Positions 41,361-51,430 of a stretch of DNA of 56,203 nt are shown piece by piece. Source of the DNA: Pseudomonadota bacterium (GTDB lineage: Bacteria > Bdellovibrionota_B > Oligoflexia > Oligoflexales > CAIMVM01); contig JBAXBA010000014.1 of assembly GCA_037142195.1 (NCBI GenBank), forward strand, positions 1 through 56,203. The letters are read 5' to 3'. Position 1 is the stretch's first letter; each line of letters starts with the position of its first letter. A program made the position numbers and the translations under genes. The notes beneath the pieces were generated by a model. That model was not told where the DNA came from. It made no database searches and was given only the letters and a program-made list of their open reading frames with translations.

Positions 41361-43261
41361 GTCGAATCAACTCCCGCCTTGGTCTTATCTCCGAAGAACG
41401 TTGGGCCTGGGCTGTATGGGCTATAGCAACTGTATTTGCGGTGATGTTCGTTAAGCTCTGGTATTTGCAAATTTATCGAGGCGATTTTTATGCCGACGCT
41501 GCAAAACGCAATCATCTAAGAAAAATAGTGATCCCTCCTCCTCGCGGGTCGATTTACGACCGAAATGGAAAGCCTATTTTAACGAATAGTGACTATTATG
41601 ATCTAGTCTATGTCCCGCAATATGTTACGGATAAAGATAAGACTCTTAATATTATTTCGGCAATTCTTCATATCGATAAGGGCTTTTTAGAAGCACAGAT
41701 TGAAAGGGTTAAGGGTGGACCGCGTTTTATGCCCATTACCTTAAAAAGAAATTTGAGCCTTCATGAAGTTTCTTTAGTTAAACATTATCAAATTTTTACC
41801 CCAGGCATCGAAGTCAATTTGGTACCTCGTCGCGAGTATCGAGAGGACACCCCTCCTCATCTTATCGGCTATCTTTCCGAGATTGATCCTCTTCAAATGG
41901 AGCGGCTTAATGTTGGAGCATCCCAAGATGACGCTTACTTTCCAGGAGATTTAGTTGGCAAAGCGGGCTTAGAAGCAAAATGGGAAGAAGCCTTACGAGG
42001 CACGAGGGGATTTAAACTGGTCCAGGTTGACACCTTTGGTCGCGAATCGAATATTGCAGGTCAGCACTGGAACTATCCCACCACTCCCGCAAAACCTGGA
42101 AATGACCTGGTTCTAACGATAGATAGAGACATCCAGAAGGCAACCAACGATGCCTTTTTAGGAAAAAACGGAGCTGTGATCACATTAAATCCACAAACAG
42201 GGGAAATCCTTTCCATGGTATCTAGCCCTTCCGTAGGACCAGATATCTATCAAAAAGGAATGAGTGCCGAAAAATGGCGCGCCTATAATAGTGATCCCTT
42301 TCGCCCGATGTTTGACAAAACCACCGGAGGAGAGTTCCCTCCGGGATCGATCTATAAGTCGGTCCTAGCGCTGGCTGGACTTCAGGAAGGCGTACTGACC
42401 CCCGAGAAAACTTTTTTTTGTAATGGGTCCTATGAAATCGGCGGACAAGTTTTTCACTGCCATGACCGTAAGGGCCATGGCACCGTGGATCTAGCTACTG
42501 CACTCATGCGATCTTGCGATGTCTATTTCTATCAAACAGGCCTAGCCCTTGGTGTCGATAGGATTGCAAAATATGCCAAAGCACTCGGCCTAGGTGAAAA
42601 GTTAGGATTAGGTCTAAACATGGAACGCCCCGGACTCATTCCGTCTACCCAATGGAAAAAAGACACGTTTAAAGCGCCCTGGACAGTCGGGGAAACCCCA
42701 TCCATTTCTATTGGCCAAGGGGCAAATTTATTGACCCCCCTACAAATGCTCTCTCTTTACTCAACCATTGCCAATGGTGGTCATATTTGGAAACCTTATC
42801 TGGTTAAACGAGTCATGAACCCAAGGGGCAAGATTCTTTTTGAAGCCAAAGAAGAAATGCTAAATAAATCCATGGAAATATCTGATAAGAACTTTGCCAT
42901 TGTCAGAAGTGCGCTGGAAGGTGTCGTCATGAATGATCGAGGAACTGGGAAAAGTGCGCGCGTTCCCGGAGTCACGGTAGCTGGTAAAACAGGTTCCGTT
43001 CAAGTGGTGAGCCTCAAAAAGAACCGAAATCAAACCAATGTTGCCATGAAATGGAAAGAACACGCGATTTTTGCAGCATTTTCACCCACCGAAAATGCGG
43101 AAATCGCCGTTATAGTCGTCTCCGAAAACGACAGTGTAGGTGGTGGGGGAGCTTCGGCTGCGCCAGTAGCAGGAAAAATTCTATCGGCTTATTGGGAAGC
43201 AAAAAAGCCTAAAGCGCCCAAGATCGCCACTAAAGTTGAGGAAAAAGATGGCGCTCGCTAA
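41357..43261 (+). CDS. mrdA: Penicillin-binding protein 2
   Basis: LWYLQI, PPRGSIYDRNG, GSIYK (SxxK), SCD (PBP2-type SxD), KTG. Confidence 0.95.
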   Translation: MSRINSRLGLISEERWAWAVWAIATVFAVMFVKLWYLQIYRGDFYADAAKRNHLRKIVIPPPRGSIYDRNGKPILTNSDYYDLVYVPQYVTDKDKTLNIISAILHIDKGFLEAQIERVKGGPRFMPITLKRNLSLHEVSLVKHYQIFTPGIEVNLVPRREYREDTPPHLIGYLSEIDPLQMERLNVGASQDDAYFPGDLVGKAGLEAKWEEALRGTRGFKLVQVDTFGRESNIAGQHWNYPTTPAKPGNDLVLTIDRDIQKATNDAFLGKNGAVITLNPQTGEILSMVSSPSVGPDIYQKGMSAEKWRAYNSDPFRPMFDKTTGGEFPPGSIYKSVLALAGLQEGVLTPEKTFFCNGSYEIGGQVFHCHDRKGHGTVDLATALMRSCDVYFYQTGLALGVDRIAKYAKALGLGEKLGLGLNMERPGLIPSTQWKKDTFKAPWTVGETPSISIGQGANLLTPLQMLSLYSTIANGGHIWKPYLVKRVMNPRGKILFEAKEEMLNKSMEISDKNFAIVRSALEGVVMNDRGTGKSARVPGVTVAGKTGSVQVVSLKKNRNQTNVAMKWKEHAIFAAFSPTENAEIAVIVVSENDSVGGGGASAAPVAGKILSAYWEAKKPKAPKIATKVEEKDGAR

Positions 43262-44420
43262 AGTATTTGTAAGTCAAAAGAAAAATGAGGCTGAGCAAAT
43301 TGCGGGAAGCCTTAAAAGCGGCGGCTCTAAAGCTACGGCATTATTGATAACGACTTTGATACTCTTAGCCATAGGTTTAGGAAACTTGTATGCTATCACC
43401 GCCTATGATCAGGCAAATTACTTTTCAGGACAATTCGAGCATGCCCTACTAGGTCTAATAGTTGTTGCGGTAATTGGATATTGGATCCCCGTGCGAATTT
43501 GGAAAAACTATTCTCTGCTGATCTTCGGGGGGATGGTACTCCTTTTAGTTCTTGTGGATGCTATAGGCCATACAACCATGGGTGCTCAGCGGTGGATCGG
43601 TTTTGGCCCCCTCCGCTTTCAACCTTCTGAGTTAGCTAAAATTGTGACTGCCATTTATGTGGCGACTTTTTTTGATCATAATGCCCAATCCACTCCCTAT
43701 ACATTTATAGACCTTGCTAAAGTGATTGCCGGCGTAGGTATACTTTTTGGCCTCATCTTTGCCCAGCCGGATTTAGGTACAGCAGGAGTTTGTGCCCTCA
43801 TTGCTTTTTTCCAAATTGCCTTTGTCCGAATCGATAGAAAGAATTTACTCACTGGGATATTATTTGGACTATCGTCAGTAGTGAGCGCCTGGTTTTTCCT
43901 TCTCCATGACTATCAAAAGAGACGCATTTTAACACTTTTTAATCCCGAACATGATCGGTCGGGCAGTGGCTATAATGCATTTCAATCTATTGTAGCTATT
44001 GGCAGCGGGCAATATAGCGGAAAGGGCTTCTTGAAGGGGTCCCAAGCTCAGCTTCAATTCCTTCCAGAAAGACAAACGGATTTTATTTTTGCTGCTTTTG
44101 CGGAAGAGCATGGATTCCTTGGCTGTGCTGCAGTTCTGATCTTGTTTTGTACCTTAATCTATTTAGCTCTCGATGTAGCCAGGCACGCACGAAATACATT
44201 TAGTCAGTTTTTAGCCATTGGCATTGCTGCCTTCTATTTAATCGAAGTGGGAATCAACTGCGGCATGGTCATGGGACTTGTGCCTGTTGTGGGTGTACCA
44301 CTCCCCTTCTTTTCAAATGGCGGTTCTGCTATGTTAACTAATTGTTTCGCCATTGGACTTCTGGTATCCATAGACAGAGAAACAAGAGGAAATAACAAGC
44401 CGTCTCTATTGGGAAGTTAA
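43248..44420 (+). CDS. rodA: Rod shape-determining protein RodA (SEDS)
   Basis: GAQRWI, QPSELAK, QPDLGT, LPERQTDFIF, GVPLPFFSNGGS. Confidence 0.95.
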   Translation: MALAKVFVSQKKNEAEQIAGSLKSGGSKATALLITTLILLAIGLGNLYAITAYDQANYFSGQFEHALLGLIVVAVIGYWIPVRIWKNYSLLIFGGMVLLLVLVDAIGHTTMGAQRWIGFGPLRFQPSELAKIVTAIYVATFFDHNAQSTPYTFIDLAKVIAGVGILFGLIFAQPDLGTAGVCALIAFFQIAFVRIDRKNLLTGILFGLSSVVSAWFFLLHDYQKRRILTLFNPEHDRSGSGYNAFQSIVAIGSGQYSGKGFLKGSQAQLQFLPERQTDFIFAAFAEEHGFLGCAAVLILFCTLIYLALDVARHARNTFSQFLAIGIAAFYLIEVGINCGMVMGLVPVVGVPLPFFSNGGSAMLTNCFAIGLLVSIDRETRGNNKPSLLGS

Positions 44421-44423
44421 TTG

Positions 44424-45410
44424 ATGAAGACTATCAGAGCTATATTTAACGAAATAAGAGATGCTAAAGAACCTGAATTACTTATGGAGTCCCTTTGCTA
44501 TCGAGGGTTGAATTCCAAGGAAATAAGCGCCATTAAAGACGACGGATTTACCTATTACGAAGGAAAAGTACGGCAGTGCTTTGCAAGAGATCAAGATTTT
44601 TACGTTCTTCACACGGACCGTCTCAGTGCCTTTGACTCCTTGATTGGCTACGTTCCCTTTAAAGGTATGATCCTTAACTCTTTGTCAGATTATTGGTTTA
44701 GAAAAGCAAAAGAAATCGTCCCAAGTCATTTCATGGATGCTCCCAGTGAGCGAATGCTAAAAGTAAAACGCACCACACCTGTGAAAGCAGAAGTCATTGT
44801 CCGCGGATATTTAGCGGGAAGTATGATGAAGGCCTACGAAGAAGGAAAACGTGATTTTTGTGGCAATCTTTTACCTGAAAAACTGCTTCCCTATCAATCG
44901 CTGCCTTCCCCCATCATTACCCCCACCACCAAAGCTGCTGCATTTGAACACGATGTAGAAACCACTGCAGATGAGCTCGTACGTAGCGAAATTGTTACTG
45001 AAAAAGAATGGATCACCATCACAGATATGGCCTACAAACTTTTCTTATTCGGTCAAAAAGAATATGCAAGCAAAGGTTGGATTTTGGTCGACACTAAATA
45101 CGAATTTGGTCGTACTGCTGATGGAAAACTCATTGTTATCGATGAAATCCACACTCCTGACTCATCGCGAATTTGGATCAAGGATACCTATCTTGAGCGA
45201 TTCAAGATGGGCCAAACTCCAGAGATGCTTGATAAACAGCATGTTAGAAGATGGCTTCAAGAACATGGATTTGAAGGCAAAGGAAAGGTCCCAAAAGTAC
45301 CTACTAAAATTCTCTTAGACCTCGGACTCATCTATTTAGATGTAGCGGAGCGTCTCATAGGAGCACCATTGCTTGTTCCAGAAACACCCACGAAGCCCGT
45401 TTTTAAGTAG
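44424..45410 (+). CDS. purC: SAICAR synthase
   Basis: EGKVR, TDRLSAFD, EVIVRGYLAGS, TPTTK, LVDTKYEFG, DEIHTPDSSR, DKQ. Confidence 0.93.
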   Translation: MKTIRAIFNEIRDAKEPELLMESLCYRGLNSKEISAIKDDGFTYYEGKVRQCFARDQDFYVLHTDRLSAFDSLIGYVPFKGMILNSLSDYWFRKAKEIVPSHFMDAPSERMLKVKRTTPVKAEVIVRGYLAGSMMKAYEEGKRDFCGNLLPEKLLPYQSLPSPIITPTTKAAAFEHDVETTADELVRSEIVTEKEWITITDMAYKLFLFGQKEYASKGWILVDTKYEFGRTADGKLIVIDEIHTPDSSRIWIKDTYLERFKMGQTPEMLDKQHVRRWLQEHGFEGKGKVPKVPTKILLDLGLIYLDVAERLIGAPLLVPETPTKPVFK

Positions 45411-45485
45411 GAACTCTTTTTGAAATCCCTCCCTTTTTTAAGGGATCGACTTAAATGATTACTAAATCGCCTGCAAATCTCCCAA

Positions 45486-45540
45486 TAGAATCCCCTCGAA
45501 GGCTATAGAGAGGTCTGATATTGCCTTTGAGGGGATTCTA
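45486..45540. repeat. Long inverted repeat (18-bp arms, 19-nt loop); possible terminator or stabilising hairpin
   Basis: TAGAATCCCCTCGAAGGC ... GCCTTTGAGGGGATTCTA, 17/18 Watson-Crick plus one G-U. Confidence 0.8.
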
Positions 45541-45877
45541 CTCGAAGCCATGACCATCCTTTTTGTTTGCTCGCAGGATTGAAAAATCTTCCTAGATGGG
45601 CTTTTTAAGAATTAAAAAAAACTCAGCCAATTCCCGTTAAAATCATCTTGCAAAAACCTTTAAAGCTAGCATTACGGAAAGAACCCGGCATTGCACAAAA
45701 AGACTTATCCTTTGTTTTTTGGCGTGTGCAGCATATATATTTCTGAAACGGCGCTAAATTTTCAACCTACTGTTATAATAGGGGAGACCTTTTGAACGCC
45801 CTTTATAGAGTGCATTTTTAAACAAAAGACACTGCCGGTTTTAATTCTCAAAGAACCTTAGAAACAAGGACTTAACC

Positions 45878-46651
45878 ATGAATTTCCTGCGAATGATGAT
45901 CTTCATTTTCCTATGCGGATGTAAAGTTGCCCAGCGCCCCCTCAGCGAAACGAGAACAGCATCACCAATATACCCCTCCGAATTTGTGACATTTAAGAGT
46001 TCTTTTCAGAAAGCTGATTTTTCGGCGTGCTCACGTAAGAACGGCGAGTTTGTTTCTGATCAACTCTGCGTTCTGGATCCCAATAGAAAATTGGAAATCT
46101 TAACAGTTCTTGCCAAATATGCCGACAAGTTGCAGGAGAGTGATAACTGTAAGGACGAAGCTGCTAGCTCCTGCGAGATGACTTTGGGAAATGCTGCGGA
46201 AATGTTTCAATCTGATCCGCGCGCGCTTATTGTCTATAACCAAGTCAAATCAGAATTGCCCCTAGATTCTGCGAGCTCGCTGAATTTGATTTCGAGTCGA
46301 GACCAACAAAGTCAAAGAATTATCTGCCAAAGCTCCTATTTTGGAGAGATTCAATTAAAGGAGATTCTTTGCAAACTTACTCTAGCGAAGCTAGATGCCA
46401 ACCGAAACTGTGGAAGCATTTGCTCCCAAGACAGCTCTGGAAGGCCCCTAAATTGCCTTTGTGCACTGAAGTTTAAACCCAAAATGCGCCGCTTTATAGA
46501 AATGAACGAAGCTGAATGTAAAGCAGCCGAACCTCTCCCTGGCGGTATAACATTCAAATGGTATTCAAATAGTAATTCACTTTCTATGGGAATAGGTTCT
46601 CGCTGCAATGTAAATAGCGAATCGCGTTGTTGGGGTTGCTTTGTAGAATAG
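45878..46651 (+). CDS. Cysteine-rich putative lipoprotein
   Basis: AAGGA RBS, lipobox-like LCGC, many cysteines. Confidence 0.72.
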   Translation: MNFLRMMIFIFLCGCKVAQRPLSETRTASPIYPSEFVTFKSSFQKADFSACSRKNGEFVSDQLCVLDPNRKLEILTVLAKYADKLQESDNCKDEAASSCEMTLGNAAEMFQSDPRALIVYNQVKSELPLDSASSLNLISSRDQQSQRIICQSSYFGEIQLKEILCKLTLAKLDANRNCGSICSQDSSGRPLNCLCALKFKPKMRRFIEMNEAECKAAEPLPGGITFKWYSNSNSLSMGIGSRCNVNSESRCWGCFVE

Positions 46652-47164
46652 AATTGTTTTTTAAATCTTCGAATCCTTCGAGAATGAAAGTTCCAGGCGG
46701 GTTGCTAAAAATTCTATTCTTAAATTCAAACTCTCATTTCGACTTGACACATTGGCCTGAAATTTGGGGTTGGGGACCCCATTCTTGAAAGCGTTTTGGA
46801 GCTGAGATTGGGCCAAGAACAGGACTCGCAATTTAAACCTTTATCTCTTAAAAAGCACACCACTATCCTTCGAAGACTTTCTCTTTAGAAAAGCCCGAAA
46901 GCGTTACATCAAACAACAATCGTTAGCTATGACCGTCGAATTCGATGGAAATGGCATGTCTGAAATAAATCTTTCGCTTTCAGCCCAACTCCCCTTCTTC
47001 TAGAGTAACCGAGAGATCAAAAGCGACACCTTTGGTCCCTAAAAAAAGACCTGCGGAGCAGAATAAAATGAGTGGTGGTAGTAGGCATGAGCTCAACTTT
47101 GGTCGTTCCCTGCTGCCTATGAAAAATTCTATTTTCGGCGTATTGACGCCGAAAATGGAACCTA

Positions 47165-47551
47165 CTACCACTGATGAACTAAATCAAATTTATGGAATAA
47201 CCCTGGAACTTCAGAAGTTTTGACTGGCTTTACACCCTTTACTATTCTTTCGGCGGGAACGCCTCGAGCAAGAGCATCATTTTCCACATAATAGAGGGAA
47301 ATACCTTTTGTTATCATTGCTTCTATATCATGAATGATATTTGGAGGATTGGATTGTTTCCAGGCACCAAAGGTAAGCTTGGGGCACTCTTGAGCCGTGT
47401 CAATATAGGTAACTGCACTCCCTTGCAAGAGAATGGAAACATCAGAACCGGCATTTTTCATCGCATGGACAAGCCAAAGTATGGTGTCATCCTGCTCTTC
47501 GTAAATTGCTCGAAATCCTTGGGACACAATATTCAAAACCTTCTTAACCAT
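47165..47551 (-). CDS. DsrF/TusC-like DsrE-family protein
   Basis: VSILLQGSAV, YVENDALARGV, FDLVHQW; AGGAG RBS before ATG 47551. Confidence 0.7.
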   Translation of the reverse strand: MVKKVLNIVSQGFRAIYEEQDDTILWLVHAMKNAGSDVSILLQGSAVTYIDTAQECPKLTFGAWKQSNPPNIIHDIEAMITKGISLYYVENDALARGVPAERIVKGVKPVKTSEVPGLFHKFDLVHQW

Positions 47552-47561
47552 TTCAGTCTCC

Positions 47562-47972
47562 TTAGCGCGTTGCAATCACGAGGGAATTGTCAGAGCCTTC
47601 TATAAACTGCACTAAATCTGCGGGTGAGCCCCTACGTATTCCTGTTATTGCGTCATTAGCTCCACGCTCATCTACGCATAATCCACAGTTCACCCAGTCT
47701 AGTCGACCACCTTTATCAGCTGCAAGCTGCTGCAGCTCAGCTACCCAAATTCTTGTCAAAGGGTGATTTTCATTTTCTAAGTCAGTTCCTTTTACAGAAT
47801 TTGCATGCTGCTTTTGATGAGCAAACGGCATAAATACAGCCCCTTCATAGGCAAACACATTTACGTTATGCCCTTTCCGACAAGCAGCTTCGATGAGGCG
47901 AAGAGCGGTTGTCGTCCGTTCATTTTCAAAGGGAGGATCCATTAATGCGAAAGTCAAAGTCTTCTTGGGCAT
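47562..47972 (-). CDS. DsrE/TusD-like sulfur-carrier protein
   Basis: DPPFENE, GHNVNVFAYEGAV, NCGLCVDERG; AGGAG RBS before ATG 47972. Confidence 0.78.
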   Translation of the reverse strand: MPKKTLTFALMDPPFENERTTTALRLIEAACRKGHNVNVFAYEGAVFMPFAHQKQHANSVKGTDLENENHPLTRIWVAELQQLAADKGGRLDWVNCGLCVDERGANDAITGIRRGSPADLVQFIEGSDNSLVIATR

Positions 47973-47983
47973 TTTTATCTCCT

Positions 47984-48310
47984 TTAGTGCCAAATCATTT
48001 TCTTGCCGTCAGCCATTGCATCAATCACGAGGTCTAAACTAATGGGTACTACGAATCCTGGAATTTCATCTCCCCGAATTCCGCGCGCCTGCAGGGAAAT
48101 AAGGTCTGCATGAAATTTGACGCCGGATTTTGCGGTTTCCGCCAAAAGGCCTGCAAATTCGCGCCCTCTTAGTCCTAGTACGGCATTTTGCACAAAGACA
48201 ATTTCGACGTTGCTTCCACTGCTTGCTAGGTTTTTACACAGCTCCAGTGTCGATTTTGCATTACTCGCTTCATAAAGATCTTGGGACTCCACAATCACAT
48301 AGCTTGTCAC
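47984..48310 (-). CDS. DsrH/TusB-like DsrE-family protein
   Basis: IVFVQNAV, ADLISLQARGI; GGAG RBS before GTG 48310. Confidence 0.68.
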   Translation of the reverse strand: MTSYVIVESQDLYEASNAKSTLELCKNLASSGSNVEIVFVQNAVLGLRGREFAGLLAETAKSGVKFHADLISLQARGIRGDEIPGFVVPISLDLVIDAMADGKKMIWH

Positions 48311-48961
48311 AACATTTCTCCCAAAAAGGATGACTAAACTGTATAAAGCCAGCAGACGAACCATTTGTCAATTGTGTATTTCAAGTCATCTTTTTTGGTG
48401 TCAGCCCTATTTAAACGCCATCACTTCGGGCCATTGTGATCGAAATTTGTGATCTTGAGAGCTTCAATACCTTTCGTAGCTACCGAAAACAAAAACATTC
48501 TTGATCCCGTGCTGCCTAGCATCCTGCTTCAGCCGACATGCAAGGTGCATCCAAAATGAAACCATTTTGACCCACAAAAAAACTTGCCTGTCGGGGCACA
48601 AAATGCCCCCGGTTTATTGGCAACCGATAGAGAGCTCCGATGATGGTCTCTACCGCGTACATCGCTACTTTATATGGATCATGCTCCTAGATGAAAATCC
48701 GGATCAAGCCTAATCCAAACAATTCCAGGCCCCTCAAGGGCATGGATGAAATCACCCATAAACCCTATTTTTCATCCGCAAAAGCAAGACAAAAAATTCA
48801 CCTCTTGCTAGATCTCCTGCGTTTTTTTGGGACCTGACTTTGAGATAGAGTGGTTGCACCTTTTTTTAGGTTTCCCTACTTTTACCTTGACCAAGTTGTC
48901 GCAAATCTTGAAGATTTCAAAACATTTATCGCTTCATTTTTAGGAAAGGAATTCCAAATCC

Positions 48962-49855
48962 ATGGCAAAAGTTTTTATTAAGGTTATCGGTTCTATCGTG
49001 GTGATAGCCGTGGTCGCTGCTGGCAGCTTGCTTCTATGGGCAGGAAATCAGGTTGAGGCCAAACTTGCAGAGCCCCAGACCTATGCCCAACTTACTGCCA
49101 CGGAACTGGAGGGGGCACCGCCTGCAGATATAGAATTAGGAAAGCACATCGTTAACTCCCGCAATGGGTGTGTCGAATGCCACGGTAGCGATTTAGCAGG
49201 CAAAACGTTTATCAACGATCCTGCCATAGGAGTATTATCGGGCACCAATCTAACTCCTTCAGCCATGGGATCAAAATCAGACGTGGAAATCATCCAATCC
49301 TTGCGCTTTGGCGTTAAAGGCGATTTAAAACCTCTTGTGTTCATGCCCTCCCATGAATTTCAGCATTTAAGTTTGCATGATATGCAGTCTATCGTTGCCT
49401 ATCTACGTTCCCTTCCTTCCGTAGAAAAAGCGAATCAGCCGATTAAGTTAGGACCTTTGGCTAAAATATTATTTGCCACGGGCAAAGTCCCTAGCTATAT
49501 CCCTGCAGCCAGTGGTCTGATCCGCAGAGAGCACGGCTTTACGGAAAAGCCAGAAGAAGCGGCTACTCCGGAATACGGGGCTTATCTCATAAAAGCTGGA
49601 TGTGCCGGTTGCCACGGGCAAGAACTCAAAGGGGGCCCCATTCCAGGAGCTCCTCCCGAATGGCTGCCCGCCGCCAATATTGCAGCAGATAGCACGGCTG
49701 CTAAATGGACCAAAGAACAATTTGTAACGGCTATGCGGGAAGGCAAGCGTCCCGATGGGTCTGTCATTTCTCCCCCCATGCCGATTCCCCTAACGAGCCA
49801 ACTCAAAGATGTGGAACTTGAAGCCATGTGGGCCTATATCCACTCCCAGAAATAG
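48962..49855 (+). CDS. Membrane-anchored di-haem cytochrome c
   Basis: Two CxxCH (CVECH, CAGCH), NLTP and MP axial-ligand motifs, N-terminal TM. Confidence 0.9.
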   Translation: MAKVFIKVIGSIVVIAVVAAGSLLLWAGNQVEAKLAEPQTYAQLTATELEGAPPADIELGKHIVNSRNGCVECHGSDLAGKTFINDPAIGVLSGTNLTPSAMGSKSDVEIIQSLRFGVKGDLKPLVFMPSHEFQHLSLHDMQSIVAYLRSLPSVEKANQPIKLGPLAKILFATGKVPSYIPAASGLIRREHGFTEKPEEAATPEYGAYLIKAGCAGCHGQELKGGPIPGAPPEWLPAANIAADSTAAKWTKEQFVTAMREGKRPDGSVISPPMPIPLTSQLKDVELEAMWAYIHSQK

Positions 49856-50260
49856 TTTAAAAATCTCACCTCCGACGAGAGACCGAGAAGATGGGAATAG
49901 GCCCTTACATGAAGTCTATCGCGGAGATCTCTCCGTCGACTTCTTATCTCGAATCCAAAGCTCAAGTTAGACCTAGGGAACTTGGGTTTCTCCGCGAAAG
50001 CGAGCTCTACTAAAACACCTTTCTCACCAAAGCGCTGAGGCTACTTCAAGAGTTGAAGCGGAAATCAGACGAGCCTGTCTAATGGCACTTGATTCATCGC
50101 CTTCCTGGTGAATTCTATGAAAGTCAAGAAACATGAAATTAAATGAAAAAAGGAAGCATAAAAGAACCTGATTATAGTAGCGCTTATCTCACAGATATGA
50201 TTTCTCAACGCCATGAGAACTTCAAATATGACTGGCGCACTCATGTCCGCAAGTCGATGT

Positions 50261-51088
50261 CTAATAGAGTCCACCTCCGCCTTCGAAAATTTTACCTGCA
50301 TTCTGAATTTCAGCCGCTGGAAATTTGTAACCCTGTTGCGATAGCATCATGAGGCGCAATTCTCCCGTCGGAACGGAATAGGGGCCGAAAGGCAGCTTGC
50401 CTTGTTTTCTAAAATAGATTTTTGGTGTTCCTGATTCGGAGCGCATGGAAATTCGATAGACTCCTGCGTCTAGAACATTATGATCACATTTTGAAATCCT
50501 TACTGACTCGGACGGAGGATTCCAAATCGTACCTATCCAATACCAACCCATAAAATTATTGGTTACGCCCGGCCATCCCCGAACACCTTCTTGAGAATTG
50601 CTTACCCCCAACCATGCCACATAGTTTTTTTCAGCGTCATGACCATCCCATCCTTGCAATAACTTAACATCAAAATGCCATCCTCTGGCTGTAACTGCAG
50701 GTAGTAAATCCCCATAAACCTGATTGCCCTCTGCAAGCGACGTAGAGGTCGCATACGCCGTTGATCCAGCGGCAAATGGCAGCACAACGGATTCAGACTC
50801 GCCCGTTCCTTGCCATAAAACTTTACCGACTTCCTTGCGATCAAGGGGATCAATTTGAGGAGGCACCGGAGGAACAATTGCCGGGCAAACATTTTGAGCC
50901 TGAGGATCGGCTACCTGATTAGACCCCTGGGTGTCATTCGGCTGCTGCTTTATGGACGACGTTTGATTCGAAGTCTGTTCCAGCGAAGATGGCTGACTGA
51001 CAGCGGAAGAACCTTTGAAAGTACTTCGCGAGCATGAGACCAGCACACCTAAAAAAATATAGCTAATCGAAAAGGTCAGTATGTTCAT
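50261..51088 (-). CDS. Putative lipoprotein with Ser/Gln/Pro-rich linker
   Basis: GGAGG RBS before ATG 51088; LVSC lipobox-like sequence. Confidence 0.72.
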   Translation of the reverse strand: MNILTFSISYIFLGVLVSCSRSTFKGSSAVSQPSSLEQTSNQTSSIKQQPNDTQGSNQVADPQAQNVCPAIVPPVPPQIDPLDRKEVGKVLWQGTGESESVVLPFAAGSTAYATSTSLAEGNQVYGDLLPAVTARGWHFDVKLLQGWDGHDAEKNYVAWLGVSNSQEGVRGWPGVTNNFMGWYWIGTIWNPPSESVRISKCDHNVLDAGVYRISMRSESGTPKIYFRKQGKLPFGPYSVPTGELRLMMLSQQGYKFPAAEIQNAGKIFEGGGGLY

Positions 51089-51210
51089 GGAACCTCCATT
51101 TTCCATTGGTATCGGCCAATAAACGCCCAAGATTAAACTTTTTTTTCTAAGGGAAGTTTTCTCCCTTAAATCTTCTAGTTGCAACAAGAGTTCTCTCCCC
51201 AAAAAATCAA

Positions 51211-51292
51211 ATCGGAAGGCTAAAATTGAAGGCTAAAATTGAAGGCTAAAATCGGAAGGCTAAAATCGGAAGGCTAAAATCGGAAGCCTAAA
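51211..51292 (+). repeat. Tandem repeat, 6 x 13-14 bp AT(CG/T)GAAGGCTAAA
   Basis: Units start at 51211, 51225, 51238, 51251, 51265 and 51279. Confidence 0.95.
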
Positions 51293-51430
51293 AATACGAG
51301 GCGCTTCTTTGAAAATCGCAAAATTTGATACATTTCGGCGCGAAATCGGATACTTAAGCCTAGGAAGCCAACAAGAAATATAAAGTTTCTGACGACTTAA
51401 CCCGAAATAGAGTCCATTGGAGAAATTTAC

